Assembly (NCBI GenBank): GCA_964016885.1
Contig: OZ024764.1
Span: 20,708,001-20,772,000 of the forward strand
Length of the DNA stretch: 64,000 nucleotides
Reading direction: 5' to 3'
DNA from: Eledone cirrhosa
Lineage: Eukaryota
The notes below the pieces were generated by a model, which was given only the letters and a program-made list of their open reading frames with translations, ran no database searches and was not told the origin of the DNA. Positions 1 through 12,289 of the stretch are shown piece by piece (position 1 is the first letter of the stretch; each line of letters begins with the position of its first letter). The position numbers were made by a program, and so were the translations under genes.

Positions 1-681
<681 letters not shown>

Positions 682-1364
682 CCAAGCATGTGCGTATTCA
701 TTCAGAAGTTTAGCTGTATCAATATCAAACTCATTACATCATACTACAACGACAGCAATTGTGTAGATCCATCATCCTTGCTAAAACTGGAATTAACCTT
801 GTAGGTTTTACCTAGGACAGGGATCATAAAACCAGGTTTCCATTTTTGAAGCAGTGTTTGAAGATTTTGTGTAAATTAAAGTTTTTCACATTAAACTTTG
901 ATTTATTATACTTTAACAGGTAAGATATATATTTGTATTTTTAGTAAAGGTTGGGAACTTCTGTAATTTAAACCTGCCAATGAAATGAAAACTTTTGTTG
1001 TTGCTAGTCTGACATAGATATTAATTCTATTGTCCTGTACATTGTCTCAAATATCACAGATTAAACAGATTTTAACAATAACAACAGAAATCAATAACTT
1101 GTAAGCCTAATATCTAGCTTCCATTTTAACTATTTGATATTGTTGTTCCTCTCCTGTCTCTTCAGGTGTTTTAGATTTCAACTTCTATCTACTGTACTAT
1201 TCCATCACCAAGGCAACATTCATCTGGCTGGCAGCTTACATCAACTACAGTTCTCATCAGTGGTTCACAACAGGCTGTCTGAAAGAAACTTGCAGATATC
1301 TTCTATGTCATAGCTATCAATCTCCTCCTCCTTATCATATGTATCATGTAGAACATCTCTGAAT

Positions 1365-1912
1365 TTATATTTAACAGGGAGATCTTTTACTGTCCCTACC
1401 TCTTTCTCTAGGTTGCCTTGTACCTCTCTCACAGTCCCTCTAGATCTTATATTTAACAGGGAGATCTTTTACTGTCCCTACCCTTTTCTCTAGGTTGTCT
1501 TGTACCTCTCTCACAGTCCTTGTAGATCTTATATTTAACAAGATCTTTTACTGTCCGTACCCTTTTCTCCAGGTTGTCTTGTACGAGTCTCACAGTCCCT
1601 CTAGATCTTATATTTAACAGGGAGATCTTTTACTGTCCCTACCCTTTTCTCTAGGTTGTCTTGTACCACTCTCACAGTCCCTCTAGATCTTATATTTAAC
1701 AGGGAGATCTTTTACTGTCCCTACCTCTCTCACAGTCCCTCTAGATCTTATATTTAACAGGGAGATCTTTTACTATCCCTACCCTTTTCTCTAGGTTGTC
1801 TTGTACCTCTCTCACAGTCCCTCTAGATCTTATATTAAACAGGGAGATCTTTTACTCTCCAACCCTTCTTTCTCCGGATAGTCTTGTATCTGTCAGTCCC
1901 TCTAGATATTAC
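1365..1912. repeat. 82-bp minisatellite (~6-7 copies, some internally deleted)
   Basis: The unit ttatatttaacagggagatcttttactgtccctacccttttctctaggttgtcttgtacctctctcacagtccctctagatc recurs at 1365, 1447, 1529 and onward. Confidence 0.93.
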
Positions 1913-1919
1913 ACCTAGT

Positions 1920-2090
1920 ATCTAGTCTATGTTGAGTGGTATGTCCTTCTCCAGTAAAGGAGTTAATATTCCCAACCATCTGTCTATGCTGTTTTTTATG
2001 AGAATGAAGTCAATCTAGTTTATCTCTTCACCTGATTGAAGTAACTAGATCAAGTAACTAGATGGTTTCCTGTAAGTTAGTGTTGCAGTG
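1920..2090 (-). mobile_element. Decayed RTE-clade LINE endonuclease fragment (paralog at ~19305-19478)
   Basis: The minus strand gives frameshifted CNTN..RKP..SGE..IDFIL-like AP-endonuclease motifs. It resembles the fragment at 12700-12800. Confidence 0.5.
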
Positions 2091-2200
2091 TTTGTGTCAC
2101 CATGTAAGGTTTATATCTATTAATATAGAGATGTAGTAAAGTTTTCATTGTTGTATCTCTATTTTCTAAATATCTTAATAATGTTTCTCTACTATTTCAG

Positions 2201-2540
2201 AATATCACATGACCTTGACAGAAAAGAGTCTTTTAAAGACAACAGAAAGATGTTACATACAAGTGATATAAACTTGTTTAGTCTGTGGTGAATTATGGTG
2301 AAATATTTCTTCTGAATTGAGATAAATATTTTCCTTTTTCACTGTCTGGAATATTTACAAGATGATTTTACATTCTGATTAAACTTTAGATATTTACAAA
2401 GGAGTTTTCAAAATATTGACAAAGATCACATTTGGTAAAAATTATGAACAATAGAAATATTTACATCAATATAGGAATATTTTCCAGAAGAGATGGGAAA
2501 ATCATTATACCACTGTAATATTTGTGGTAAACTATTCTCT
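2201..2540 (+). pseudogene. Truncated ZNF gene remnant (5' part of the coding exon plus the first half-finger)
   Basis: The acceptor-like actatttcag|aatatcacatgaccttgac matches ttatttcag|aataccagaggacattggc at 16001-16028. It shares actgtctggaatat.tacaagatgatttta with 16581. It ends with KSLYHCNICGKLFS, homologous to [14 protein letters not shown] at the start of the intact gene. Confidence 0.8.
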
Positions 2541-2904
2541 CTTCTTTATATGTAGAACATCTAACTAAACACTTTAACTAACAAACTATTGTGCTATAGA
2601 ATTGACAAAGTTGAAGAATGTTTAATAAATGTTACAGATTTCTCCAAACTGTCGTTTACTAACTTTAATTTGAAGCTATATTATCTATATACTACTAAAA
2701 CTCTGTAATTGTGTCTTGTCCGTAATTTAATACAGCTAAAACAGTGCATAATGGGGAAATACTTTGAAAAGAATAAAACAAGTTTTGTATAAATTGGAGC
2801 ACAGGTTCCCAAGATACGGGGTTTTCTAGGTACCTTCATAAATATAGGGAGAGAAAGAGATAGTGGTTGTGAGAGAGTGGGAGCTGATGGTGTTGTTTAA
2901 TAAA

Positions 2905-2935
<31 letters not shown>

Positions 2936-3460
2936 CGTATGTGTATATATATATATACGTATGTGTATATTTTAACTATTTAAAAAATTTTTTAAATGAC
3001 TTTTAAAAAATAGTTTTAAGGGAACGTGACAGAACAGGTCCCAGGTGGTCTAGTTTGTTACTAAATACTAGATATTAGAGGGTCATGTTGTTCTAGATGT
3101 GCTGGAAGAGCTATTCCATCTCGTGAGGCTCACACCAGCAGCTAGCCCCCTCAGCACCTATGGTGGTATATTTATTATATTATTTATTCTTTATCATTAA
3201 CATTAATATAAAAGATAATTATATATTTTTAGAAAAGAACCTCTAACTTCATATAGCTTAGGGCTTCAGTAGGTAAAAGTCTGGCCCTGCTTGTCTTGTA
3301 TTTTTTAGGGGAGAAGTTAGGGAATACTGTTATTGTGTGAAAGTTTTCTAAATCTTCTTCAGCCACTAACATGGAGAAGATATTTCAGTAAGAAGGTTCA
3401 CATCCTGACATCTATAGCTGTTAACAATGAGATTGGAATTCATTATTAAACAAATGTTAT

Positions 3461-3640
3461 ATCATCATCACTGTTTTACATCAGTTTTTTCACCCTGGCA
3501 TGGGTTAGACGAGTTATCCTGTTGTAAGCATTGCCAGGTCAGGTGATCACGTGTTGCTTCTACAGAACAAATTTTGGATTGGTTTCTACAGCTGGATGCC
3601 CTTCCTAGCACCAACCTTATTTACATTGAGTACTGGGTGC
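3461..3640 (-). mobile_element. RTE LINE/SINE 3'-tail fragment with (GAT)n tail (further copies ~5094-5260, ~21215-21390, ~23168-23345)
   Basis: The minus strand reads ggttggtgctaggaagggcatccagctgtagaaacc...aacccatgccag...gatgatgatg, a typical RTE-type 3' end with a microsatellite tail. Confidence 0.7.
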
Positions 3641-4305
3641 ATTTTACCATCTCACCATCATGACCTCTTTACAGTGTAGGCTGGGTGCTTTTTGTTGTGA
3701 CACCTATATGACCACTTTACAGTGTGGGCTGGGTGCTTTTTGTTGTGACAGCTACATGACCACTTTACAGTGTGCATTGGTTACTTTTTGTTGTGACACC
3801 AACATGACCACTTTATAGTGTGGACTGGGTACTTTTTGTTGTGACACCAACATGACCATTTTAAAGTTTTGACTGGGTACTTTTTGTTGTCACCTACATG
3901 ATCACATTACAGTGTGGGCTGGGTGCTTTTTGCCGTGACACCTATGCAACCGCTTTACAGCGTGGGCTAGTTTCTTTTTGTCATGTCACCTACATGACCA
4001 GTTTATAGTATTGGCTGTGTGTTCTTTACAGTGTGGGCTGGTTTCTTTTTGTTATATCACCTACATGACCACCTTATAGTGTTGGCGGTGTGTTCTTTGC
4101 AGTGTGGGCTGGTTTCTTTTTTTCATGTCACCTACATGACCAGTTTATAGTATTGGCTGTGTGTTCTTTACAGTGTGGGCTGGTTTCTTTTTGTCATATC
4201 ACCTACATGACCACCTTATAATGTTGACTGTGTGTTCTTTACAGTGTGGGTTGGGTGCTTTTTGTCATATCTCCTACCCAACCACTTTGCAGTGTGGGCA
4301 GTGAA
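3640..4305. repeat. 48-bp minisatellite with diverged variants
   Basis: The unit gtgacacctacatgaccactttacagtgtggactgggtgctttttgtt is repeated in tandem directly after the RTE tail. Confidence 0.9.
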
Positions 4306-4407
4306 ATATCAGTAATGCACCAGCTCCAATATTCAGTAATCAGAAGAAGGGAGGTAGGCATAAAAGCCAAACTTGCTGTCTTCAATTAGGTTTTTGTGCC
4401 AACCCTT

Positions 4408-4570
4408 TGGATATTTACAAAGGAGTTTTCAAAATATTTGGATATTGACAAAGATCACATTTGGTAAAATTATGAACAATAGAAATATTTACATCAACAT
4501 AGGAATATTTTCCAGAAGAGATGGGAAAATCATTATACCACTGTAATATTTGTGGTAAAGTATTCTCTCT
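4408..4570 (+). pseudogene. Second ZNF half-finger remnant within a local ~2-kb duplication
   Basis: Near-identical to 2385-2540, ending aaatcattataccactgtaatatttgtggtaaagtattctct (KSLYHCNICGKVFS). Confidence 0.75.
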
Positions 4571-5254
4571 TTATATGTAGAACATCTAACTAAACACTTT
4601 AACTAACAAACTATTGTGCTATAGAATTGACAAACTTGAACAATGTTTAATAAATGTTACAGACTTCTTCAAACTGTCGTTTACTAACTTTAATTTGAAG
4701 CTATATTATCTATATACTACTAAAACTCTGTGATTGTGTCTTGTCCGTAATTTAATACAGCTAAAACAGTGCATAATGGGGAAATACTTTGAAAAGAATA
4801 AAACAAGTTTTGTATAAATTGGAGCACAGGTTCCCAAGATACGGGGTTTTCTGGGTACCTTCATAAATATAGGGAGAGAGCGAGACAGTGGTGGTGAGAG
4901 AGTGGGAGCTGGTGGTGTTGTTTAATAAATTGTGTGTGTGTGTGTATATATATATATATACGTTTATTGTGTGAAAGTTTTCTAAATCTTCTTCAGCCAC
5001 TAATATGGAGAAGATATTTCAGTAAAAAGGTTCACATCCTGACATCTATAGCTGTTAACAATGAGATTGGAATTCATTATTAAACAAATGTTATATCATC
5101 ATCACTGTTTTACATCAGTTTTTCCACGCTGGCATGGGTTAGACGAGTTATCCTGTTATAAGCAATGCCACGTCTGGCTCCTACAGAACCAATTTTGATT
5201 TTGTTTCTACAGCTGGATGCCCTTCCTAGTACCAACCTTATTTACATTGAGTAC

Positions 5255-5605
5255 TGGGTGATTTTTACTATCTAACCAACTCGACCACTTCACAGTGTGG
5301 GCTGGGTACTTTTTTACTTTTTGTCATGGCACCTACATGACCACTTTACAGTGAGTACTGGGTACTTTCTGTTGTGACACCTACAGTACCACTTTACAGG
5401 GTGGACTGGGTACTTTTTGCCATGACACCAATGTGACCACTTTACAGTGTGGATTGGGTACTTTTTGTCGTGACACCTACATGACCACTTTACAATGTGG
5501 AATGGGTACTTTTTGTTGTGACACCTACATGACCACTTTACAGTGTGGATTGGGTACTTTTTGTCATGACACCTACACAACCTCTTTACAGTGTTGGCAG
5601 TGAAA
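5255..5605. repeat. 48-bp minisatellite
   Basis: Same unit as 3640-4305. It explains the repetitive 5314-5658 ORF. Confidence 0.9.
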
Positions 5606-5679
5606 TCTAATGCACCGGCTTCAGTAATCAGAATATACATATACACACACACAAACACAAATATATATATATATATATT

Positions 5680-7739
5680 CAGTGGTACCTTGACTTACAA
5701 GTGTCCCAACTAATAAGTTTTTCGAGATACGAGCCCTCTCTCGGCTGATTTTTTGCGTTGAGTTCCAGAGTAAAATTCGGGTTACGAGTCAGCTTCAGAT
5801 GCCCCGCCACTAGTTGGCATAGTGACCGCCACAGGCAATACCGTAACACCCGCCCGGCATCCCATGGCTTCGAAGAAAGTGAGGGCGAAGGACAGTTCTG
5901 AGAAGAAGAAGCAGATGATGTGTATTGAATTAAAGAAAGAAATTATAGAAAAACATGACCAAGGTGTGTGTAGTGGACTTGGTGAAGCAGTACGAGCGTA
6001 GCACTTCTACGATATGTACCATACTGAAGTAGAAGGACTTGATAAAGGCTATAACCCCAGCTAAGGGTGGTAAAATAATTTCTAAACAGCGGACATCTAT
6101 CCATGAAAATATGGAAAAGCTGCTGATGGTGTGGTTGACGGAGAAGCAGCTCGCAAGAGATACTGTGATGAAGATTATAATATGTGAGAAGGCACGAGCT
6201 ATTTACGCTGATTTGCTGCAGCAGACCCCAGGTACTTCTACGGACGAGCCATCGGCAAGCCCTTTAATGCCAGTCGGGGTTGGTTTGAGAATTTTAAAAA
6301 GAGGACCAGCATTCACTCCGTTGTCAGGCATGGTGAGGCAGCGAGCGCGGATATGAAGGCAGCTGAGGATTACCTCAAAACCTTTGCCGGAATTATAGCA
6401 GCCGAAGGATACATCCCTCAGCAAGTCTTTAGCTGTGATGAAACAGGACTTTTTTGGAAGAAGATGCCAAGGAGGACTTATATAATGGCAGAGGAGAAGA
6501 GGATGCCTGGCCACAAACCCATGAAGGATAGGCTAACCCCTGCACTGTGTGCCACTGAGAGGCGAGTGTAAGATTAAGCCGCTGCTCGTTTATCATTCGG
6601 AAAACTTTAAGTCACATAAGATTCTGAAAGAAAAACTGCAGGTTATGTGGAGGGCAAACCCGAGGTCATGGGTCACCAGGTAGTTTTTTGTGGAGTGGGT
6701 GAATTTGGTCTTTGGTCCTGACGTTAAAAAATATCTCCAGGAAAATAACCTACCCCTGTAAACCCTTCTTATCCTACATAATGCACCTGCTCATCCACCC
6801 AACCTCGAAGAGGTCAAGTTTATAAAGGTTCTCTACCTTCCACCAAACACCACCCCTATCCTACAGACCAAGGACCAGCAGGTACTTTCTAATTTCAAGA
6901 AGCTCTTCACCAAGCACCTGTTCAGTCGCTGCTTTGAAGTGACGGAGAGACCAAACTTCACCCTTGAGAGGTCTGGAAGGACCATTATAACATCGTGATA
7001 TGCCTCAGAATTATCGATATGACCTGGCAGGGTCTTACAAAGAGGACCTTGACCTCTACATGGAAGAAGCTGTGGCCTGAAGTTGTGTCTAAAACAGACT
7101 TTGAAAGACTGGAACCCGAAGCGGCAGTGGTGGAGGAGATTGTAACCCTCGGTAACTCCATGGGCCTGGACATGGACGAAGGTGACATCAACGAGCTCAT
7201 CGAGGCGCACCTCGAGGAACTGACAACGAAGGAATTAAAGGAGCTACAGACACAGCAACACACGGAGTTTTTGCAGGAAATAGGTGACACAGAGGAGGTT
7301 ATCTCAACAAGTGAGATGAAACAAACCCCATTAGACAGGTTCTTATCGAAAATCCCTGCAGATAAAAATGAGGAAAGCGTGACGAAAAGGGCAAAAATCA
7401 GCGAATAAGATTCAGTTATTCAGTTCATCCTTTCTCCTCCGTCAACATCCTCAAGTCGTCTGATCTCCAAGATAGATGCTGTACATTATACTTAATAAAA
7501 CCAGTTTATTGTAGTACATTCTATTGTATTGTTTTTTATATACAATATTTGTTATTTATAAGTACATTTTTCTTATTTAAAAACGCGTAACAAAACAAAC
7601 TGCGGTTTTTGGGGATCTGGAACGGATTAATGGCATTTTATTTTATTTCAGTGGGGAAAATTGATTTGACATGCGAGTAATTTAAGTTACGAGGTCCTCC
7701 ACGGAACAAATTAAACTCGTAAGTCAAGGTACCACACTG
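5680..7739 (+). mobile_element. Tigger/pogo-family (Tc1/mariner superfamily) DNA transposon with a decayed transposase
   Basis: TIRs are cagtggtaccttgacttac (5680) and gtaagtcaaggtaccacactg (7719-7739), flanked by TA runs. The frameshifted transposase (5864-7408) has a CENP-B-like HTH (IELKKEIIEKH; EKLLMVWL..KQL; ICEKARAIY) and the DDE motif VFSCDETGLFWKKMP. Confidence 0.92.
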
Positions 7740-7849
7740 TATATATATATATGAAGGAACGATCGACTTTCGTCAAATCGGACCGAGGAAGCAATGTTTC
7801 CATTGGTCTTTCCAAATGCTAGTACTAACGGTCGCAACTCCGGGTAGAA

Positions 7850-7927
7850 GGAACAACGTGATATAAAGTCTCTTGCTCAAGGACATAACGCATCGCCTGG
7901 TCCAAGAATCGAACTCACAACCTCAAG
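7850..7927 (-). mobile_element. tRNA-derived SINE fragment (paralog ~26319-26396)
   Basis: The minus strand reads gaggttgtgagttcgattcttggaccagg...tgtccttgagcaagagactttatatcacgttg: a B-box GTTCGATTC followed by a SINE core-like segment. Confidence 0.65.
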
Positions 7928-8344
7928 ATATATATATATATAGTTAAATATTAGACAGGAACAAAAAACAGAGGCAGTGCAAATGGTAGTTTATACCGAG
8001 AGAGAGACAGACAAACACATATATACCTCTACTACTGTCAAACATAAAACATATGTAAGGAAAGAGAACTCTCGTTTCATCCCCCTCTTCTTTTTGACAT
8101 ACATTCTTTAGATACTTTGTTCAATGGAATCTACTTTATTTTGTGTCCTAAGTAGATTTCTGTTTAAGTATTTACGAGATTCACAATGATTCACGTAACC
8201 AAGTTACTTACATAGAGATATATTTCACATAGAATCACAACAAATGAAAATATTAAGTCAACACTCTGTCAATCAGTATCACATCACATGGGGTGCCGGA
8301 ATCTCCCTCTAATACTTTCTGAGACAGTCATACCTTGAGTGATA

Positions 8345-8836
8345 GCAAGGCTAAGATGTTGGAACTACCAAACACCCTCATATGTATCATCTGACACCTC
8401 GGTAAGGAGAGCTGCCAACGATAACAAGAACCTCGTTGTCAGGGACCTATCTCCTCAAAACTTCTCCAACACCACAGACTAGAATATTCTACTCTTTATT
8501 CCCTATCAAATATATTTCAGTCTAGTCATTTATCTTGTATCTTGTATATGTATTTTCAAAACTAACTGTCACATTTGTGAGACCCCAGTTAGTGATGTTT
8601 TTCTCTCCCTCCCACATCCTACATGCTGTAGTAAAAGTGAGGGTCACTGCTTCCGTAGACGAACGAAATAAAACTTAAACTACCAGTAATTATCGGCAAA
8701 GTATTTATTCCAGTCTGTGATGTTTGAGAAGCTGGGCTGCTGACAACGAAGTTGTTGTCACTGTTGGCGGCTGGCTTTACCGAAGTACCCGATGACTCTT
8801 GTGAGGGTACTTAGCTGTTCTGACGGTTTAGCCTCC
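8345..8836. repeat. Diverged inverted pair of a dispersed repeat (arms ~8345-8486 and ~8707-8836); paralog ~27312-27800
   Basis: ctcggtaagg..agctgccaac..aacctcgttgtcag..cttctccaacaccacagactagaata aligns with the reverse complement of tattccagtctgtgatgtttgagaag..ctgacaacgaagtt..gttggcggct..ttaccgaag. Confidence 0.7.
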
Positions 8837-9006
8837 ACATGACCCGATCTTACCGAGATACCCGGTGATCTCTGTAAGAGTACTTAGCTGTCCTATTTTA
8901 ATTTCATCACCAACACCTTACTTTCTCTATTTTAATTACATTTACTGATTTAAACTTTCATTTTTTTTATTACAAACTTTACATAATTTAATTCGGTAAA
9001 AATATT

Positions 9007-9139
9007 TTACGTCACAACAAAACATTGAAGCATGCGCAGTGGTGCAGTTGTCGACTTCCTGTCCACGTGTTAGTCTTCCTACAACAACATTGAGACAACA
9101 TTTCTGTAAATACTAAACACCTGAGACTATAATGTAAGT
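9007..9139 (+). promoter_or_regulatory. Putative promoter and non-coding first exon of the ZNF gene at 16824
   Basis: Clustered motifs in an otherwise AT-rich region: TTACGTCA (CRE-like, 9007), GCATGCGCA (NRF1-like, 9030), ACTTCCTG (ETS, 9054) and CACGTG (E-box, 9064). A GTAAGT donor follows at 9134. All are conserved in the paralog. Confidence 0.6.
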
Positions 9140-10429
9140 ATTATGTCTATTAATATTGTAGATTTAAGCTCACTTTTCACATCACAAATATATATTTTCT
9201 TGTTTGTTTCATTACTGGAAATATAAAATGTTATCGTAATTATCTATATTTTACCTACCTCTAATTAATTAAAGTGAAAACTTTTGTTGTTGCTGAAAAA
9301 TAAATTAACAAAACTAAATATTTAAATATTCTAAAGGTCGTTTTTATATTATGTGATGATATAATTAATATATTTTATTACAATTGTATAAATTTACAGT
9401 AGAATAACGTAAATATGTTTTAAATATATACATAAATAACATAAGTGTGTAAATAACATTATAAATTGCTGGCAATTCCTTGAGAAAGACATTACAAATA
9501 TATTGTCTAAACTGTGTATAATAATATAATTTATTGAACAATAATGATAAAGGAAAGAAAAACACAGTGGGAGATGGCAATTCACCACCAAACGAGGTAA
9601 ACATTTTCAACTTTCCCCCTTTTTTTGCTTTGTCCGAGACAACTCAAAATATTCTTCAAGGAACTGGATTTTCCATTCGGTTGGATCGAACGGATTTTAC
9701 CATTTATAATCTACGGAGAGGAATAACAGATGTTCAGAGGAAAAAAGAATTGTTTGTGGCAACAACGTAGGGAACCAACCTGGAGCAATTGTATCACACA
9801 ATTATACTTTCCTCCTTAACATACACTTACAATTTTTCAAAATCAAACCCCCCAAATATAAAATATAAATAATTATAAATGGCGAGGAACCATCCCATCT
9901 CCCTCTTGAAATAACCTGAATCTATTTATAGTCAGGTGTGACTGAAAGGTCAATCCATACTTCCATTCTATTTCACAGAATTAGAAGCTTTGACCACTTG
10001 ATAGAATTCAGGTCCAGTAATGTAATCACTCCGTAATTGTAAACATCTTGTATCACTATCATTCAGGTTTTGATTTTACTCAAGTCTTGCCCATGTTTTT
10101 TTTTTTTTTCTTTTTTTTTACACAAACTCACAATTTCGGTTTTTACTGCGGATTTACCCATGCGAACTATTACACAAACTCACAGCCTTAGATTTTGTAT
10201 TTCTAGCGTTTTTATTTTCCTTCTCTTTGCATGTTCAGTGCTCTTTCTCTCCCACTGTATTTACCTGCCTCTCACATGACCACACTCCTCTCTACGTACT
10301 CATCATCTTCTCACTCCTTCTACACCTTCCAACGCTGGCCCTCTACTGCCGGCTGTTGCCAGCCCGCCACCTGATTGCGCCATCTGTGCCCGCACTAACC
10401 AGTACTTAAAGACAATTTAAATGTCACCT

Positions 10430-11720
10430 ATGCCACACAAGCTACCACAGAAGCATGTGTCAGCATCACCAAAGCTCAAGCCGAAAGGCTTCAACATTGG
10501 ACCTGTCATAGGTGCCACTTCAGCTCCGTCTATTCCGTGGTTTTGACCAACACTCTACCGACGACTTTGCCACAGCGCCCCAGGGCTTCTCCAAATCAAA
10601 GCTCCTTAGGAGCCCCGATCACAGACCTGGCCTTCGAGTCAACCATCCAATCGAAGATGGTTGGCCTTGAGCAGCTGCTGAGGAATATTGAAGATATCGA
10701 ACCCCATCAAAGTTTCTTCTTACTCAGGAACTACCTGTCTATTCCTAAGCTTCTGTATCTGCTCAGGGTCAGCCCCTCTCACAGATTTCCATCCTGCCTC
10801 CAACGCTTCGACGACCTAATCTTCGAGAGACTCGAGTGTCTGGTCAATGTTAGTAAGTGTTCGTCCCTCTCTCTGCCCTGCTTCCTTTCCTCCACCCAAG
10901 CTTGCAGCATCCTCTCCTCTCCAACATGGACTAGTTCCAACAGGGAGTTGTGTGAAGCTCTCCAGCAATGAAGTGAGTTGGGCTTGTCTCTTCCTGAGAA
11001 GGTGGAGGACAGTCGAAGTCAGTAGAACTTGGGACGGGATACGTTGGAATGCCACCTTCGACTCCCTCTTCGTCCTCTCAGATCAGTTTACAAGGTGCCG
11101 CTTACCATCTGCCAGCGCCAAATACTCCGGTGACTGGGTCGATGCCTTACCCGTGGCCAACGTTGGAGGCCTACTCAGCCTGGATGAAGTTCGTGTCTCC
11201 ATCACCCTCAGAGTGGGAGCTGACGTCTGCATGGGTTTGAGATGTGGCTAACTCCTCGACTCCACAGGCCTCCACGGTCTTTCTTGCTGCCTGAATGCCG
11301 GCCTCTTCGCCCGTCACACGGAGCTAAACTTTATTCTGAAGAGAGCTTTGGCCCGGGCAAACATCTCCTCAGTCTTGGAACCATCTTGGTTGTCCAGAAG
11401 TGACGGCAAAAGACCTGACGGCCTTACCCTGTGCCCCTGGTCGAAAGGCAGGTGCTTAATCTGGGACGTCACTGTTAGTGACTCCTTTGCTCTTTCCCAC
11501 ATCCTTGATGCTGCGGTAAGGACGAGAGCCACAGTTTCGGCAGCCGAGCGGAGTAAGAGTCGGGCCGCTGACTGCGAGGTTCCTTTCCTGACTGGCGGCT
11601 CGCCTTATAGAGGTAACTGGCGAAATCGCGAGGGCGCTTGGCTGTTCCAGCACCTCAACCTCGCCATCACCCGAGGTAACACTGCCAGTGTGCTGGCTTG
11701 CCTCAAAACTCATTAGAGAG
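10430..11720 (+). mobile_element. 5'-truncated, decayed non-LTR retrotransposon with a restriction-like endonuclease (CRE-like clade)
   Basis: RT-thumb-like FFLLRNYLSIPKLLYLLRVSP, Zn-knuckle C..RCG..D..GLHGLSC, ARH motif, RLE motif LEPSWLSRSDGKRPDGLTLCPWSKGRCLIWDVTV, and C-terminal AITRGNTASVL. Confidence 0.85.
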
Positions 11721-12127
11721 GTTTCCCAGTACCCCTCGTTGCTGTCTTTTGCTCTGGTGTTGGCTCCGTTGTCCACCCCTTCCTTTACATTTTCTTTAAT
11801 ATTGCAACATTGAAGGAATTTATCTTTCATTGTATCATCCTTTATAGTGTTAACGAGGCATTTGTAATGTTATTTATATATTTAAAACATATTTCTTATG
11901 TTATTCTACTGTAAATTTATTTATATGCTCTGTTTATATATTCATTCTGAAGTAACTTATCCACTTGTGTTGATATAAGTGATTCTATGACTTTCCTCTA
12001 AGCATTGTGTCATTATATATGTTATTATAAACGTGAATAAATTTAATTTATAGTGTGATAATAACCCTAGGGGTTAACTACACACTTTGAGGCAAGCCAA
12101 CACACTGGCAGCATTACAACGGGTGAT

Positions 12128-12289
12128 GGTGAGGCTAAGGTGCTTAAATAACCAGGTACCCTCACGGGTATCACCTGACGCCTCTATAAGGTGAGGCTAA
12201 GGTGCTGAGATAACCAGGTACTCTTACGGATATCACCTGACACCTCAGTAAGGTGAGGCTACGGTGCTGAAATAACCAGGTACCCTCAC
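12128..12289. repeat. ~61-bp tandem repeat (~2.7 copies), related to the repeat at 8345 (paralog 31128-31289)
   Basis: The unit ggtgaggctaaggtgctgagataaccaggtactcttacggatatcacctgacacctcagtaa is repeated. Confidence 0.85.

Noticed and set aside
7895-7927. tRNA gene
   Set aside because: Only a B-box-like segment is present, followed by a SINE body, with no complete cloverleaf.
9365-10409. Short ORFs of 60-98 aa here and at 28296-29342, 20264-20633 and 4761-5000
   Set aside because: These are low-complexity AT-rich or microsatellite translations with no recognisable motif. They recur only because of the segmental duplication.
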